Positions 35,489 to 44,247 of a DNA stretch of 61,837 bases are shown one piece after another. The stretch comes from Gemmatimonadota bacterium. GTDB taxonomy: Bacteria; Gemmatimonadota; Gemmatimonadetes; Palauibacterales; Palauibacteraceae. The stretch covers positions 1,592,767 to 1,654,603 of the forward strand of contig CP070670.1 in assembly GCA_020351855.1 (NCBI GenBank). Reading direction: 5' to 3'. Within the stretch, counting starts at the first letter, position 1. Each line of letters begins with the position of its first letter. The notes below the pieces were generated by a model that was given only the letters and a program-made list of their open reading frames with translations, searched no databases and had not been told where the DNA came from. A program made the position numbers and the translations under genes.

Positions 35489-36424
35489 TCAGCGTTCTGT
35501 CGCGTAGCGGCCCAGCGCCACGGGCATCGGCGTGAGCCGAATCGAGAACAGCTCTCGGAACCGGGCGTTGTCGGCGACGGCGCTCTGGAGAAGAAAGTCG
35601 ACGGCCCCGACGGACAGGAGCTGGCCGGGAAGGAGCTGGGCGAGGCAGGCGCCAGCCTTGACCAGGCCGACCGGAAGGTGGACAATCGGTCGCTGGCGGG
35701 CCACCACCTCCATGGTGAGCCCGATGATGTCGTCCAGCGTGTAGGTTACCGGCCCTCCCACCTCCACCGTCTCTCCCTCGGCAGCGCCCTCGCCGACGAC
35801 CAGAGCCACGAGCGAGGCGAGGTCCTCCACATACAGCGGGTTGAGGCGCTGCTTCCCGTCCCCGATCTGCGGAAAGAACAGGGGGTTGAGACGAAGAGCC
35901 CGGATGAAGAGGTTGAGGCTGCGGTCCTCGGGCCCGTACACCCAGGAAGGACGGATGATGGCAAATCCGAGCCCCGACGTACGGATCGACTCTTCGGCCA
36001 GGCCCTTGGCCCGGTACCAACTCCGGTCCGAGGATGGATCCGCCCCGACTCCGGACAGGTACACAAGACGGCGCACGCCGGAAGCCCGGGCCTCGTCGAC
36101 GACGTTCCGGGTGCCACGGGCGTCGACGGCCATGAAGGTGAGGCCGCGGGAGGGATCTTCCACGGGGAACCCGGAGAACTGCACGCATTGAACCACCGTA
36201 TCGACGTCGCGAAAGGCGTTCTGGAGGCTCTCGGGTCGGGTGACATCTCCGGTCCGGCCCTCGACGGGGAGGCCGTCAAAGCGTCTGCGGATGCGGGCTT
36301 CGTCGCGGCCGAGCGCGACCACGCGCAGCCCTCGCTCCACCAGCGTCCGCACGAAGGCGGCGCCGAGAAAGCCGGTGGCACCGGCCACGAGCACGCTTCT
36401 CCCGTTCCCTTCGCTGCCGTTCAT
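35489..36424 (-). CDS. NDUFA9-like atypical SDR (NAD(P)H-binding)
   Basis: AGATGFLG, GDVT, YLSGVGA, WYRAKGLAE, RPSWVYGPED; start taken at ATG 36424 (GGAG SD). Confidence 0.87.
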   Translation of the reverse strand: MNGSEGNGRSVLVAGATGFLGAAFVRTLVERGLRVVALGRDEARIRRRFDGLPVEGRTGDVTRPESLQNAFRDVDTVVQCVQFSGFPVEDPSRGLTFMAVDARGTRNVVDEARASGVRRLVYLSGVGADPSSDRSWYRAKGLAEESIRTSGLGFAIIRPSWVYGPEDRSLNLFIRALRLNPLFFPQIGDGKQRLNPLYVEDLASLVALVVGEGAAEGETVEVGGPVTYTLDDIIGLTMEVVARQRPIVHLPVGLVKAGACLAQLLPGQLLSVGAVDFLLQSAVADNARFRELFSIRLTPMPVALGRYATER

Positions 36425-36449
36425 CCCAACTCCAGTCTTGGACAATCGA

Positions 36450-38390
36450 ATGCCTGACTTCCGCGAGGCTCTGGACAGCGGCCGCGTGATCCTGCTCGAC
36501 GGTGCCATGGGCACGGAGATCTATCGGCGCGGCATCTTCATCAACCGGTGCTTCGACGAACTGAGCCGCACGGATGAGAATCTAATCCGCGATGTCCACG
36601 CTGAGTACCGCCGGGCCGGTGCGCAGGTCTTGGAGACCAACACCTTCGGCGCGAACCGTTTTCGGCTGCGGGGCTACGGGCTCGAGTCAGAGGTGGGCGA
36701 GGTGAACCGGGCCGGGGCACGCCTGGCCCGCGAGGTGGCGGCGGACGAGCTCTTCGTGGCGGGGAGCATCGGACCGATCGGCGTGCGGCTCGAGCCCTAC
36801 GGGGCCACCTCGCGCGCGGAGGCCCGAGAGGCGTTCCGTGAGCAGGCCGCAGCCCTGGCCGACGGAGGCGTAGACCTGTTCATTCTCGAGACCTTTTCCG
36901 ATCTGGAGGAGATCAGGCAGGCCGTCGCGGGATGTCGCAGTGCCACCGACCTTCCGCTCATCGCGCAGATGACGATTCAGCCCAACGGCGAGACGACCTA
37001 CGGGGACCGGCCGGAGCATATCGCCGAGGAGCTGGAGGGGATGGGGGTGGACGCCCTCGGACTGAACTGCAGCGTCGGTCCGGCGATCATTCTCGGAGCG
37101 ACCCAGCGCCTCGCGCGAGTGACCGATTTGCCCCTGTCGGCCGTTCCAAACGCCGGTCTGCCTCAGGAAGTGCACGGGCGGAAGATCTACCTGGCCGACC
37201 CCGAGTACATGGCAACCTACGCGCGGAAGCTGGTGCTCGCGGGAGCTCGCATCGTGGGCGGCTGCTGCGGCACCACGCCGGCGCACACGCGCGAGATGGC
37301 CAGCCAGATCCGCATCGTGGGGCAGCGCGCCCCGCGCATCAGCGTCCGATCGCCGGGCGTGCCGGCGGGGGCGAGCGCTCAGGATAGGGAAGAGGCGGGG
37401 ATCGTCGATCCGCCTCCGCTGGCCGAACGGTCGGCCTGGGGACGCCGGCTCGCAGCGGGCGAGATGGTCACGAGCGTCGAGATCCTCCCGCCGCGGGGCA
37501 CGGATGCCAGCGGCATGCTGGAAGCCTGCCGCTGGCTGAAGGAGGCGGGCGTTCACGCGGTAAACGTGCCGGACGGGGCGCGCGCGATGATGCGAATGGG
37601 CGTGCTCGCGGCCTCTTCCCTCATCGAGCGGGAGGTCGGGATCGAAACCGTCGTGCATTACTGCTGCCGCGACCGGAACCTCCTCGGCATGATGAGCGAC
37701 CTGATCGGGGCTCAAGCCCTCGGCCTCCGCAACATGCTCCTCATCACGGGCGACCCACCCAAGATGGGCCCGTATCCCGATGCCACGGCGGTCTTCGACA
37801 TCGACTCGGTCGGCCTCACGAACCTCGTGTCGCGTCTCAACCGCGGTCAGGACCTCGGGGGCAACGCCTTGGGCAGCGCCACCTCCTTCGTCGTCGGGGT
37901 GGGGGTCAACCCCGGCGCTGTGGATCTGGATGAGGAGATCGACCACTGGTACTGGAAGGTGAAGGCGGGCGCCGAGTTCGGCGTCACGCAACCGGTGTTC
38001 GACGCGGAGACGCTCGCGACGTTTCTCGAGCGCATAGAGGGCTCGGGTACGCGAATCCCGATCGTGGCCGGCATCTGGCCCCTCGTCAGCCTCCGCAATG
38101 CGGAGTTTCTCAACAGCGAGGTTCCCGGCATCCAGGTTCCCGAGCGATACCTGGAGCGGATGCGGGCCGCCCAGGAACGGGGCAACGAGCACGCTCGGGC
38201 CGAGGGGTGCGCGATCGCGCGTGAGATGCTGGCCGAGGTGCGCGACCTGGTCGAGGGGGTACAGGTGAGCGCTCCGTTCGGGAGAGTGCGGTACGCCCTC
38301 GATGTGTTCGCCGCATTGGACGGCTACCCGAGCCTCGAGGAGCTCGACGAGCGGTTGGGCGATTCGCCCGACCGAGGGGGTGCAGCCTAA
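36450..38390 (+). CDS. Bifunctional homocysteine S-methyltransferase / methylenetetrahydrofolate reductase (YitJ-like)
   Basis: LLDGAMGT, ETNTFGAN, GLNCSVGP, PNAGLP, GGCCGTTP; MTHFR half CCRDRN, ITGDPP, TQPVFD. Confidence 0.95.
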   Translation: MPDFREALDSGRVILLDGAMGTEIYRRGIFINRCFDELSRTDENLIRDVHAEYRRAGAQVLETNTFGANRFRLRGYGLESEVGEVNRAGARLAREVAADELFVAGSIGPIGVRLEPYGATSRAEAREAFREQAAALADGGVDLFILETFSDLEEIRQAVAGCRSATDLPLIAQMTIQPNGETTYGDRPEHIAEELEGMGVDALGLNCSVGPAIILGATQRLARVTDLPLSAVPNAGLPQEVHGRKIYLADPEYMATYARKLVLAGARIVGGCCGTTPAHTREMASQIRIVGQRAPRISVRSPGVPAGASAQDREEAGIVDPPPLAERSAWGRRLAAGEMVTSVEILPPRGTDASGMLEACRWLKEAGVHAVNVPDGARAMMRMGVLAASSLIEREVGIETVVHYCCRDRNLLGMMSDLIGAQALGLRNMLLITGDPPKMGPYPDATAVFDIDSVGLTNLVSRLNRGQDLGGNALGSATSFVVGVGVNPGAVDLDEEIDHWYWKVKAGAEFGVTQPVFDAETLATFLERIEGSGTRIPIVAGIWPLVSLRNAEFLNSEVPGIQVPERYLERMRAAQERGNEHARAEGCAIAREMLAEVRDLVEGVQVSAPFGRVRYALDVFAALDGYPSLEELDERLGDSPDRGGAA

Positions 38391-38482
38391 CTTGATGCCC
38401 CTCCCGTCTCGGAAGCGCCCGAGGCGCGAACCCGTTTTCGGGGGCCGCATCCGGCCGCCCCGACGCAACGCAGGATGAAGCG

Positions 38483-40498
38483 ATGTTGACCAAGCTGCTG
38501 GCACGAGAGGTAGGCAGGAGACCGGCCTCGGTACGCCTGCAGGGCCGAGTTCTTTTCCTTACCGAGGATCCGGACCTGATCCGTAGACAGCTTGCCGGGG
38601 AGGATCTCGATTGGGACCCGTCGATCCCGCTGCGCGACGACATCAGTACGGATGAGATCACGCCGGGCTGGGTGTGCTATTACTACGACGAGAAGCTGGG
38701 GGAGTATCCGTACGTCGGTCTGCGCTGCGACGGAGAGTTTCCGATCGGGCGGAATGACGTGCGCAACGGCGGCTTCGTCTGCTCGGTGTCCGGCAAGCGA
38801 CGCGGGAAGGGCTCGAGCCGTGAGGCAGCGCCGTTCGCGGAGCAGGCGGCCGGCATCCGGGTGGTCATCGCCGAGAACATCGAGCGAATCTACCGGGAGA
38901 ACTGCCAGAACCGCGGCATGCTGACATCCACGGACTTCTCGCTGATCGACAAGATCCGGGCGGGCGAGGAGATCCCGCTGGAGTCGTTCATCGGGGAGGC
39001 CGGACAGATCGAGCGGGACATCATCGAGTACGGCGGCCTGCTCGACTACGCCGTCGCGCGGCTCAAGGGCCTCGTCCACGTTCCGGAGATCCCGCCTCGA
39101 TCCCGGCCCATGACCGTGGCCGAAAAGATCCTCGCCCGACACTGGGTCACCGATCTGGCGGCCGACGAGGTCGGCGTCGACTCGGTGGCGCCCGGAGACA
39201 CCGGCTTCGTGCGGACCGACCTCCGCTTCAGCCACGAGTACGTGACCCCGATGGCCGCGACCTTCTGGGATGCATTCGCCGGCCCGGAGGCCGAGCTGAA
39301 CGACAGGGACAGCGTCGTGTTCTTCCGGGACCACCTGGCCTTTCTGGATCAGGTGATCACCGAGGAGCGGAGACGGAAGGGGCTGCTGGATGCGGCGCAC
39401 GCCCTCCACGATCGGCAGCGGGAGTTTGCGGCCCGGCAGGGGATCCGTCTGCACGGCGAGCTGCCGGATCGAGTGGGCAGCGAGGCGATCTGCCACGTCA
39501 TGGTCCAGGACCGGTATGCGCTTCCCGGCGCAGTGGTCATCGGCAGCGACTCGCACACGCCCCATTCCGGCTGTCTGGGCGCTGTGGCTTTCGGCGTGGG
39601 AACGTCGGCGATCGTCAACTCCTGGGCCACGCGGGACGTCCGTCTGCAGGTGCCCCCGTCGGTCCGCATCCGGGTGGCGGGGAGGCTGGCCCGAGGGGTA
39701 ACCGCCAAGGACCTGATTCTCGAGATCCTCCGTCATCCGTACGTCAAGGGCGGCGAGGCGATCGGCAAGATCATCGAGTTCGGCGGCGAGACGGTGGAAG
39801 CGCTCGGCGTGGACGAGCGGGCCACGCTCACCAACATGGCGGCCGAGGTGGGCGGCTTCACGGGCATCGTGGCGCCCGACTCGCGCACGGTGGACTGGCT
39901 GGTCGAGCGTCGCGGGCTGGACCGCGGTGAGGTGGAGGATCTGATCGAGGGTCTCGCCAGCGATGCGGACGCCGAGTACGAGTGGACCCTGGAGATCGAT
40001 GCCTCGAGCCTGCGTCCGATGGTCGCGCAGCCGGGCGATCCAGGGAACGGCATCTTCGTCGACGAGCTGGCCGACGAGGTCCCGGTGGACATCGTGTACG
40101 CGGGCTCCTGCACCGGCGGCAAGCGCGAGGACTTCGACATGTACGCAGAAGTCGTGCGGGCAGGCCTGCAGCAGGGGCGGCGAGTGGCAGAGGCGGTGGC
40201 CGCGTACATCCAGTACGGCTCGATCGACGTGGAGGCCTATGCCCGTGAGCGCGGCTACGACCGCCTGTTCGAGGAGGCCGGCCTGCGGGTGCTCGCTCCC
40301 GGCTGCGGGGCCTGCATCAACGCGGGTCCGGGCGTGAGCACGTCCACCGAGCAGGTGACGGTGAGCTCCATCAACCGGAACTTCCCCGGCCGCAGCGGTC
40401 CGGGCAAGGTGTACCTCGGCAGTCCGTACACGGTGATGGCGTCGGCGCTGGCCGGACGCATCGCGGCGTACGAGCCGGAGCTTGCCGTTCCCGCGTGA
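38483..40498 (+). CDS. Aconitase-family hydro-lyase, swivel (LeuD-like) domain fused N-terminal to a LeuC-like domain
   Basis: DDISTDEI, GKGSSRE, IERIYRENC; then AEKILA, RDH, GSDSHT, TLTNM, GSCTGG, GCGACIN, NRNFPGRSG. Confidence 0.88.
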   Translation: MLTKLLAREVGRRPASVRLQGRVLFLTEDPDLIRRQLAGEDLDWDPSIPLRDDISTDEITPGWVCYYYDEKLGEYPYVGLRCDGEFPIGRNDVRNGGFVCSVSGKRRGKGSSREAAPFAEQAAGIRVVIAENIERIYRENCQNRGMLTSTDFSLIDKIRAGEEIPLESFIGEAGQIERDIIEYGGLLDYAVARLKGLVHVPEIPPRSRPMTVAEKILARHWVTDLAADEVGVDSVAPGDTGFVRTDLRFSHEYVTPMAATFWDAFAGPEAELNDRDSVVFFRDHLAFLDQVITEERRRKGLLDAAHALHDRQREFAARQGIRLHGELPDRVGSEAICHVMVQDRYALPGAVVIGSDSHTPHSGCLGAVAFGVGTSAIVNSWATRDVRLQVPPSVRIRVAGRLARGVTAKDLILEILRHPYVKGGEAIGKIIEFGGETVEALGVDERATLTNMAAEVGGFTGIVAPDSRTVDWLVERRGLDRGEVEDLIEGLASDADAEYEWTLEIDASSLRPMVAQPGDPGNGIFVDELADEVPVDIVYAGSCTGGKREDFDMYAEVVRAGLQQGRRVAEAVAAYIQYGSIDVEAYARERGYDRLFEEAGLRVLAPGCGACINAGPGVSTSTEQVTVSSINRNFPGRSGPGKVYLGSPYTVMASALAGRIAAYEPELAVPA

Positions 40499-40564
40499 CG
40501 GCTCCCGACCCGTAGGCGCACCGAACGAACAACTCGTGATACCCGCCGGTCGTGGAAGGCTGCG

Positions 40565-41551
40565 ATGAGGGGGCTGTGGCTCGCCGGCGGCGAAGTGCGC
40601 TTCGTGCCCGACCTGCCGGAGCCCGGGATCGAGCCCGACGAGGCTCTCGTCCGAGTCCTGGCGGCGGGGATCTGCAATACAGACCTCGAGCTCGTGCGCG
40701 GCTACTACCCCTACGATGGAGTGCCGGGCCACGAGTTCGTCGGCGTGGCCGATTCGCTCGGAGCCGGCGTGGGTGCGGACGAGCGAGAGCGACTGCTCGG
40801 ACGCCGCGTCGTGGGCGAGATCAACGCCGCCTGCGGCTCGTGCCGGGAGTGCAGGAGCGGGCGCCCTACGCACTGCCTGCGGCGCACGGTACTCGGCATC
40901 TCCGCCCGGCATGGGGCCTTCGCCGAATACCTGGCGCTACCCGTCCGGAACCTGCACGCCGTGCCGGATGCGGTCTCGACCGATGCAGCGGTCTTTGCCG
41001 AGCCGCTTGCCGCTGCACTGGAGATTCTGGAGCAGGTCGATGTGGCTCCGTCCGATCGGGTGGCCGTCATCGGAGCTGGCAAGCTCGGGATCCTGATCTC
41101 GCAGGTTCTGGCGCTCACCGGCTGCGAGCTCTCCGTGGTGGCCAGAAGCCGTTCGGCGGGCGTGGATCTCCTGACCAGTCGGGGAATTCACGTGTGCTCC
41201 ACGGACGAGGTGAAGGGGAGGTCGATCGACCTGGCCGTCGAGTGCACGGGCAATCCGGAGGGCTATCGGATCGCCCGGGCGGCGCTTCGCCCGCGGGGCA
41301 CCCTGATCCTCAAGAGCACGTATGCCGGAAGGCTGGACGTCGACCCATCGGCGATCGTGGTCGACGAGATCACCGTGATCGGGTCACGGTGCGGGCCCTT
41401 CCGGCCGGCGCTTCGACTGCTGGAGCGCGGGCAGGTGAGCGTCGAGCCTCTCGTGGAAGCGCGCTTTCCCCTCGACCAGGGCCCGGCCGCGTTCGAGCGG
41501 GCGGCGCGTCCCGGCGCGCTCAAGGTGCTGCTGGAGGTCGGCGGACCGTAA
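40565..41551 (+). CDS. Zinc-dependent MDR alcohol dehydrogenase-like protein
   Basis: GICNTD, GHE, CGSCRECRSGRPTHC, EPLA, GAGKLG, GSRCG. Confidence 0.9.
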   Translation: MRGLWLAGGEVRFVPDLPEPGIEPDEALVRVLAAGICNTDLELVRGYYPYDGVPGHEFVGVADSLGAGVGADERERLLGRRVVGEINAACGSCRECRSGRPTHCLRRTVLGISARHGAFAEYLALPVRNLHAVPDAVSTDAAVFAEPLAAALEILEQVDVAPSDRVAVIGAGKLGILISQVLALTGCELSVVARSRSAGVDLLTSRGIHVCSTDEVKGRSIDLAVECTGNPEGYRIARAALRPRGTLILKSTYAGRLDVDPSAIVVDEITVIGSRCGPFRPALRLLERGQVSVEPLVEARFPLDQGPAAFERAARPGALKVLLEVGGP

Positions 41552-41579
41552 CGGAGCGGGACGTCCGGACCTTCCGGAA

Positions 41580-43223
41580 TCAGGAGGCGTCGCGCAGCGT
41601 GCGCATCGCCTCCGCGAAGGCCCTCTTCCTCAGGGCCGGCTTCCAGGCGAAGCCGAGCAGGTTTCCCAGGAAGCCGGCGTCCAACTGACCGATCCGCCAG
41701 CCGACCTCGGCTTCGATCACGCGGTCGAGGACGCGACGGCGATCCGGCTCCAGCGCATCCATGGAAGTGTCGAGCTCGGGTACGTCGTAGGCCGATTCCT
41801 CGTCCGGCTCATAGCTCGTGAGGTCGGCCATCGCGGTCTCGAGAAGCTGCCGGGCATCACGCCGTCCTGCCGCGAAGTCCGCCTCCCTCCATTCCCGGCA
41901 GAACAGGCCGCCGAATCCTCCGAGGAAGTCGCCAGCCAGCCTGCGCCGCGGCGCGATCGTATGGATCGCGAGCGCTTCCTTGTCATCGAGTCCGGCGCTC
42001 GCCTCGATCAGGAAGATGAGCTTGGCCAGGCGGCTACGGGCAGCGCGCGAGCCGATGCGAGCGAGCACTCGGGCGTGGCGGCGCTCGACGCGGGCCAGGC
42101 TCTCCTCGAGCAGCTCCAGAACCGGATCCGCTCCGGCCCTGCCCCGGGCAGGCGATCGTCCCCGTCCTCCCCCACTGTCCGCCAGGCGCGCTTCGCAGAC
42201 CTGCTCGGCCAACTCCCCTACCGACCGGCTGAGCTCGAACTCCTCCGGATCGGTCAGGGGCGCGGCAATCTCCGGCAGGCGCCCGATCAGGGCGTGCACC
42301 AACGCAAGGCGATCGTTCGTTGCCGCAGCCCGCAACCGGTCCCCGGAGCTCCCGTGCTCCGGCAGCGCCTTCGCGAGCAGGCCGGCCACCCGCGCGAACG
42401 AGGTGGGTGGGGCCGCCCCTCCCGGATCGCTCTGGGCGGCAGGCCCAAAGGTCGGGTCGACGACGACATACCGCCAATCATCTTCCGGAGTACCCGTCCG
42501 CACGACGAGCCGCTTGGCGAGTCGGAGCGGTTCGTTGGCGAGCAAACCGCCGTCGCCGTACCACATGTCGATCGCTCCACCGTCCTCCGCGGTCGATCCG
42601 GAGGGGTGGCCGCGAGGTCGCTCCAATCGTCGGGCCGGGAACGCCGGGGGGAAGCTGGTCGCGGCGACCGCCGCCTGAAGCACATCCTGCCAGACCGGCG
42701 CTCCGGCAGCATCCTCGGGACTCAGCCGAAAGGCCACCCAGTCGTCGTAGAGCCGCGCCGCGCCGGGCGGTGCTCCGTCATCCCGTGAACGGGAGCCTGC
42801 CCGGCGCGTCACGCCGTGCAGGCTCGTCAGGGTCATCCCGAGTTCGAAGGGCTGGGCGAGCAGCGATGAGGAGCGGTCGTCCGACGCGGGCTCGGCGGCG
42901 ATCAGCGCGCGACTCATCTTCTCGAGGGCGGACACGTCCAGCAGGGAGGAGCGGGAGCTTCGCTTCTGGTTCAGGAGAACCTCGATGTCCATCCCCCGGA
43001 TCCAGAACGTGCGGATCCAAGGAACCAGGCTCGGATTGACGACCAGCGCCCGCGCCGCCAGCGCTGCGTTCAGGCCCCCGGAGGACACACCGGCCATCAC
43101 GCCGATCTGGGCGCTTGCCCCGCTGTGCTCGTCCGAGAGAGCACGGAAGAGCTCCGTCACGGCACCGGCCGCATACGTCCCGAGCGACCCGCTGCCGCCA
43201 AGGACTAGTGCGATCTTCGTCAT
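41580..43223 (-). CDS. Patatin-like phospholipase
   Basis: LVLGGSGSLG, GVSSG (GxSxG), ATSFPPAF, DGG. Confidence 0.85.
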   Translation of the reverse strand: MTKIALVLGGSGSLGTYAAGAVTELFRALSDEHSGASAQIGVMAGVSSGGLNAALAARALVVNPSLVPWIRTFWIRGMDIEVLLNQKRSSRSSLLDVSALEKMSRALIAAEPASDDRSSSLLAQPFELGMTLTSLHGVTRRAGSRSRDDGAPPGAARLYDDWVAFRLSPEDAAGAPVWQDVLQAAVAATSFPPAFPARRLERPRGHPSGSTAEDGGAIDMWYGDGGLLANEPLRLAKRLVVRTGTPEDDWRYVVVDPTFGPAAQSDPGGAAPPTSFARVAGLLAKALPEHGSSGDRLRAAATNDRLALVHALIGRLPEIAAPLTDPEEFELSRSVGELAEQVCEARLADSGGGRGRSPARGRAGADPVLELLEESLARVERRHARVLARIGSRAARSRLAKLIFLIEASAGLDDKEALAIHTIAPRRRLAGDFLGGFGGLFCREWREADFAAGRRDARQLLETAMADLTSYEPDEESAYDVPELDTSMDALEPDRRRVLDRVIEAEVGWRIGQLDAGFLGNLLGFAWKPALRKRAFAEAMRTLRDAS

Positions 43224-43227
43224 GCTG

Positions 43228-44247
43228 TCAGCCTACGCTCCCATCCTCGGGGTCGGGGGGTTCGTCCTCCGCTGGTTCATCCTCCGCCGCTTCCCTCTCC
43301 ACCGCCGCCGGCGTCTGCGGCACCCGTATCTCTAAGACGGTGCTCGCGTCGAGCCGCTCGCCGCCCGCGAAGAAGCTCCAGTGCAGGTGGGGTCCTGTCA
43401 CGCGCCCGGTGGCACCCACCCGGCCGATCACCTGGCCGGTCTCGACAAGATCTCCCTCTCCCACGTCAATCTGCGACAAGTGATAGTATCCGCTGAACAC
43501 GCCCAGGCCATGATCGACGTACACGGCGTTGCCCGCGTAATACAGCTCGCGGGCTATGGCTACCCTTCCCCGGCCGGCTACACGGACCGGCGCTCCGACG
43601 TCTCCCGCCAGGTCCACGCCCCAGTGGCGGCTCTGGACTTCGCCGTTGAAGATGCGCTTCTGGCCGAACGGGCTCGTGATCCGGGTGCTCCGGGGCCGTA
43701 CGAAGTTGCCGTCCAGAAGCCACGCCGGCGAGACCTGCCGGAGCGTGGACCGGACCAGTTCGCGCTCGCGCTCGATCCGCTCCAGGACATCGGCCGGCGG
43801 GCTGGTGAAGCGGGGTGCTACGCTCAGTTCGGTCTCCGAGTAGGCACGAGGTCTCACCGGCACCGTCCAACGCCGGTTCATCGGCTGCCCTCCCGCGGTT
43901 GTGGCTGACACAACAAGCTCGACCGGCCCGGACCGGTCGGTCGGGAGGGCGATGAGCCCGAACCAGGATCCTGCCAGCCGCCCCATGCGCAAAGGCCGAT
44001 CATCCAGCCTCGCCTCGACCTCCAGCAACTCCTCGTCCGCCGGCACCGATACGGTCACGGCAAGCGCCGTCCCGTCGGTCGGGCTGGCGGGTTCCCAGCG
44101 CACGACCAGGGCGTCCGCCGAAGCCGCCTGCCCGAGCGCCGGCCGGGGCCCGAGCACGCACGCCCCCACGCCCAGCACGAGAAAGGCGAGCCGTCCGAAC
44201 CCCTTCGTCGAGCAGGCCCGTGAGCCCTTCCGGCGTTTGCCCTTCAA
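43228..44247 (-). CDS. Exported M23 peptidase
   Basis: ITSPFG, HWGVDLAG, VDHG, YYHL, TGRVTGPHLHW; N-terminal signal. Confidence 0.92.
   Translation of the reverse strand: MKGKRRKGSRACSTKGFGRLAFLVLGVGACVLGPRPALGQAASADALVVRWEPASPTDGTALAVTVSVPADEELLEVEARLDDRPLRMGRLAGSWFGLIALPTDRSGPVELVVSATTAGGQPMNRRWTVPVRPRAYSETELSVAPRFTSPPADVLERIERERELVRSTLRQVSPAWLLDGNFVRPRSTRITSPFGQKRIFNGEVQSRHWGVDLAGDVGAPVRVAGRGRVAIARELYYAGNAVYVDHGLGVFSGYYHLSQIDVGEGDLVETGQVIGRVGATGRVTGPHLHWSFFAGGERLDASTVLEIRVPQTPAAVEREAAEDEPAEDEPPDPEDGSVG

Noticed and set aside
35489-36424. NDUFA9-like SDR as the ceramide reductase
   Set aside because: The SDR inside the spt operon (52114-53073) fits better by motif and context; this one is 13 kb away and unlinked.
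36687-40912. Long antisense ORFs (36687-38504, 38387-40912; likewise 2491-4176, 3980-5392, 20984-22567, 32769-34241)
   Set aside because: Shadow frames opposite or overlapping well-supported genes, expected in very GC-rich DNA; no motifs, Arg/Pro/Gly-rich.
41580-43223. CBASS or other defence effector (patatin)
   Set aside because: No CD-NTase, Cap or other defence genes adjacent.
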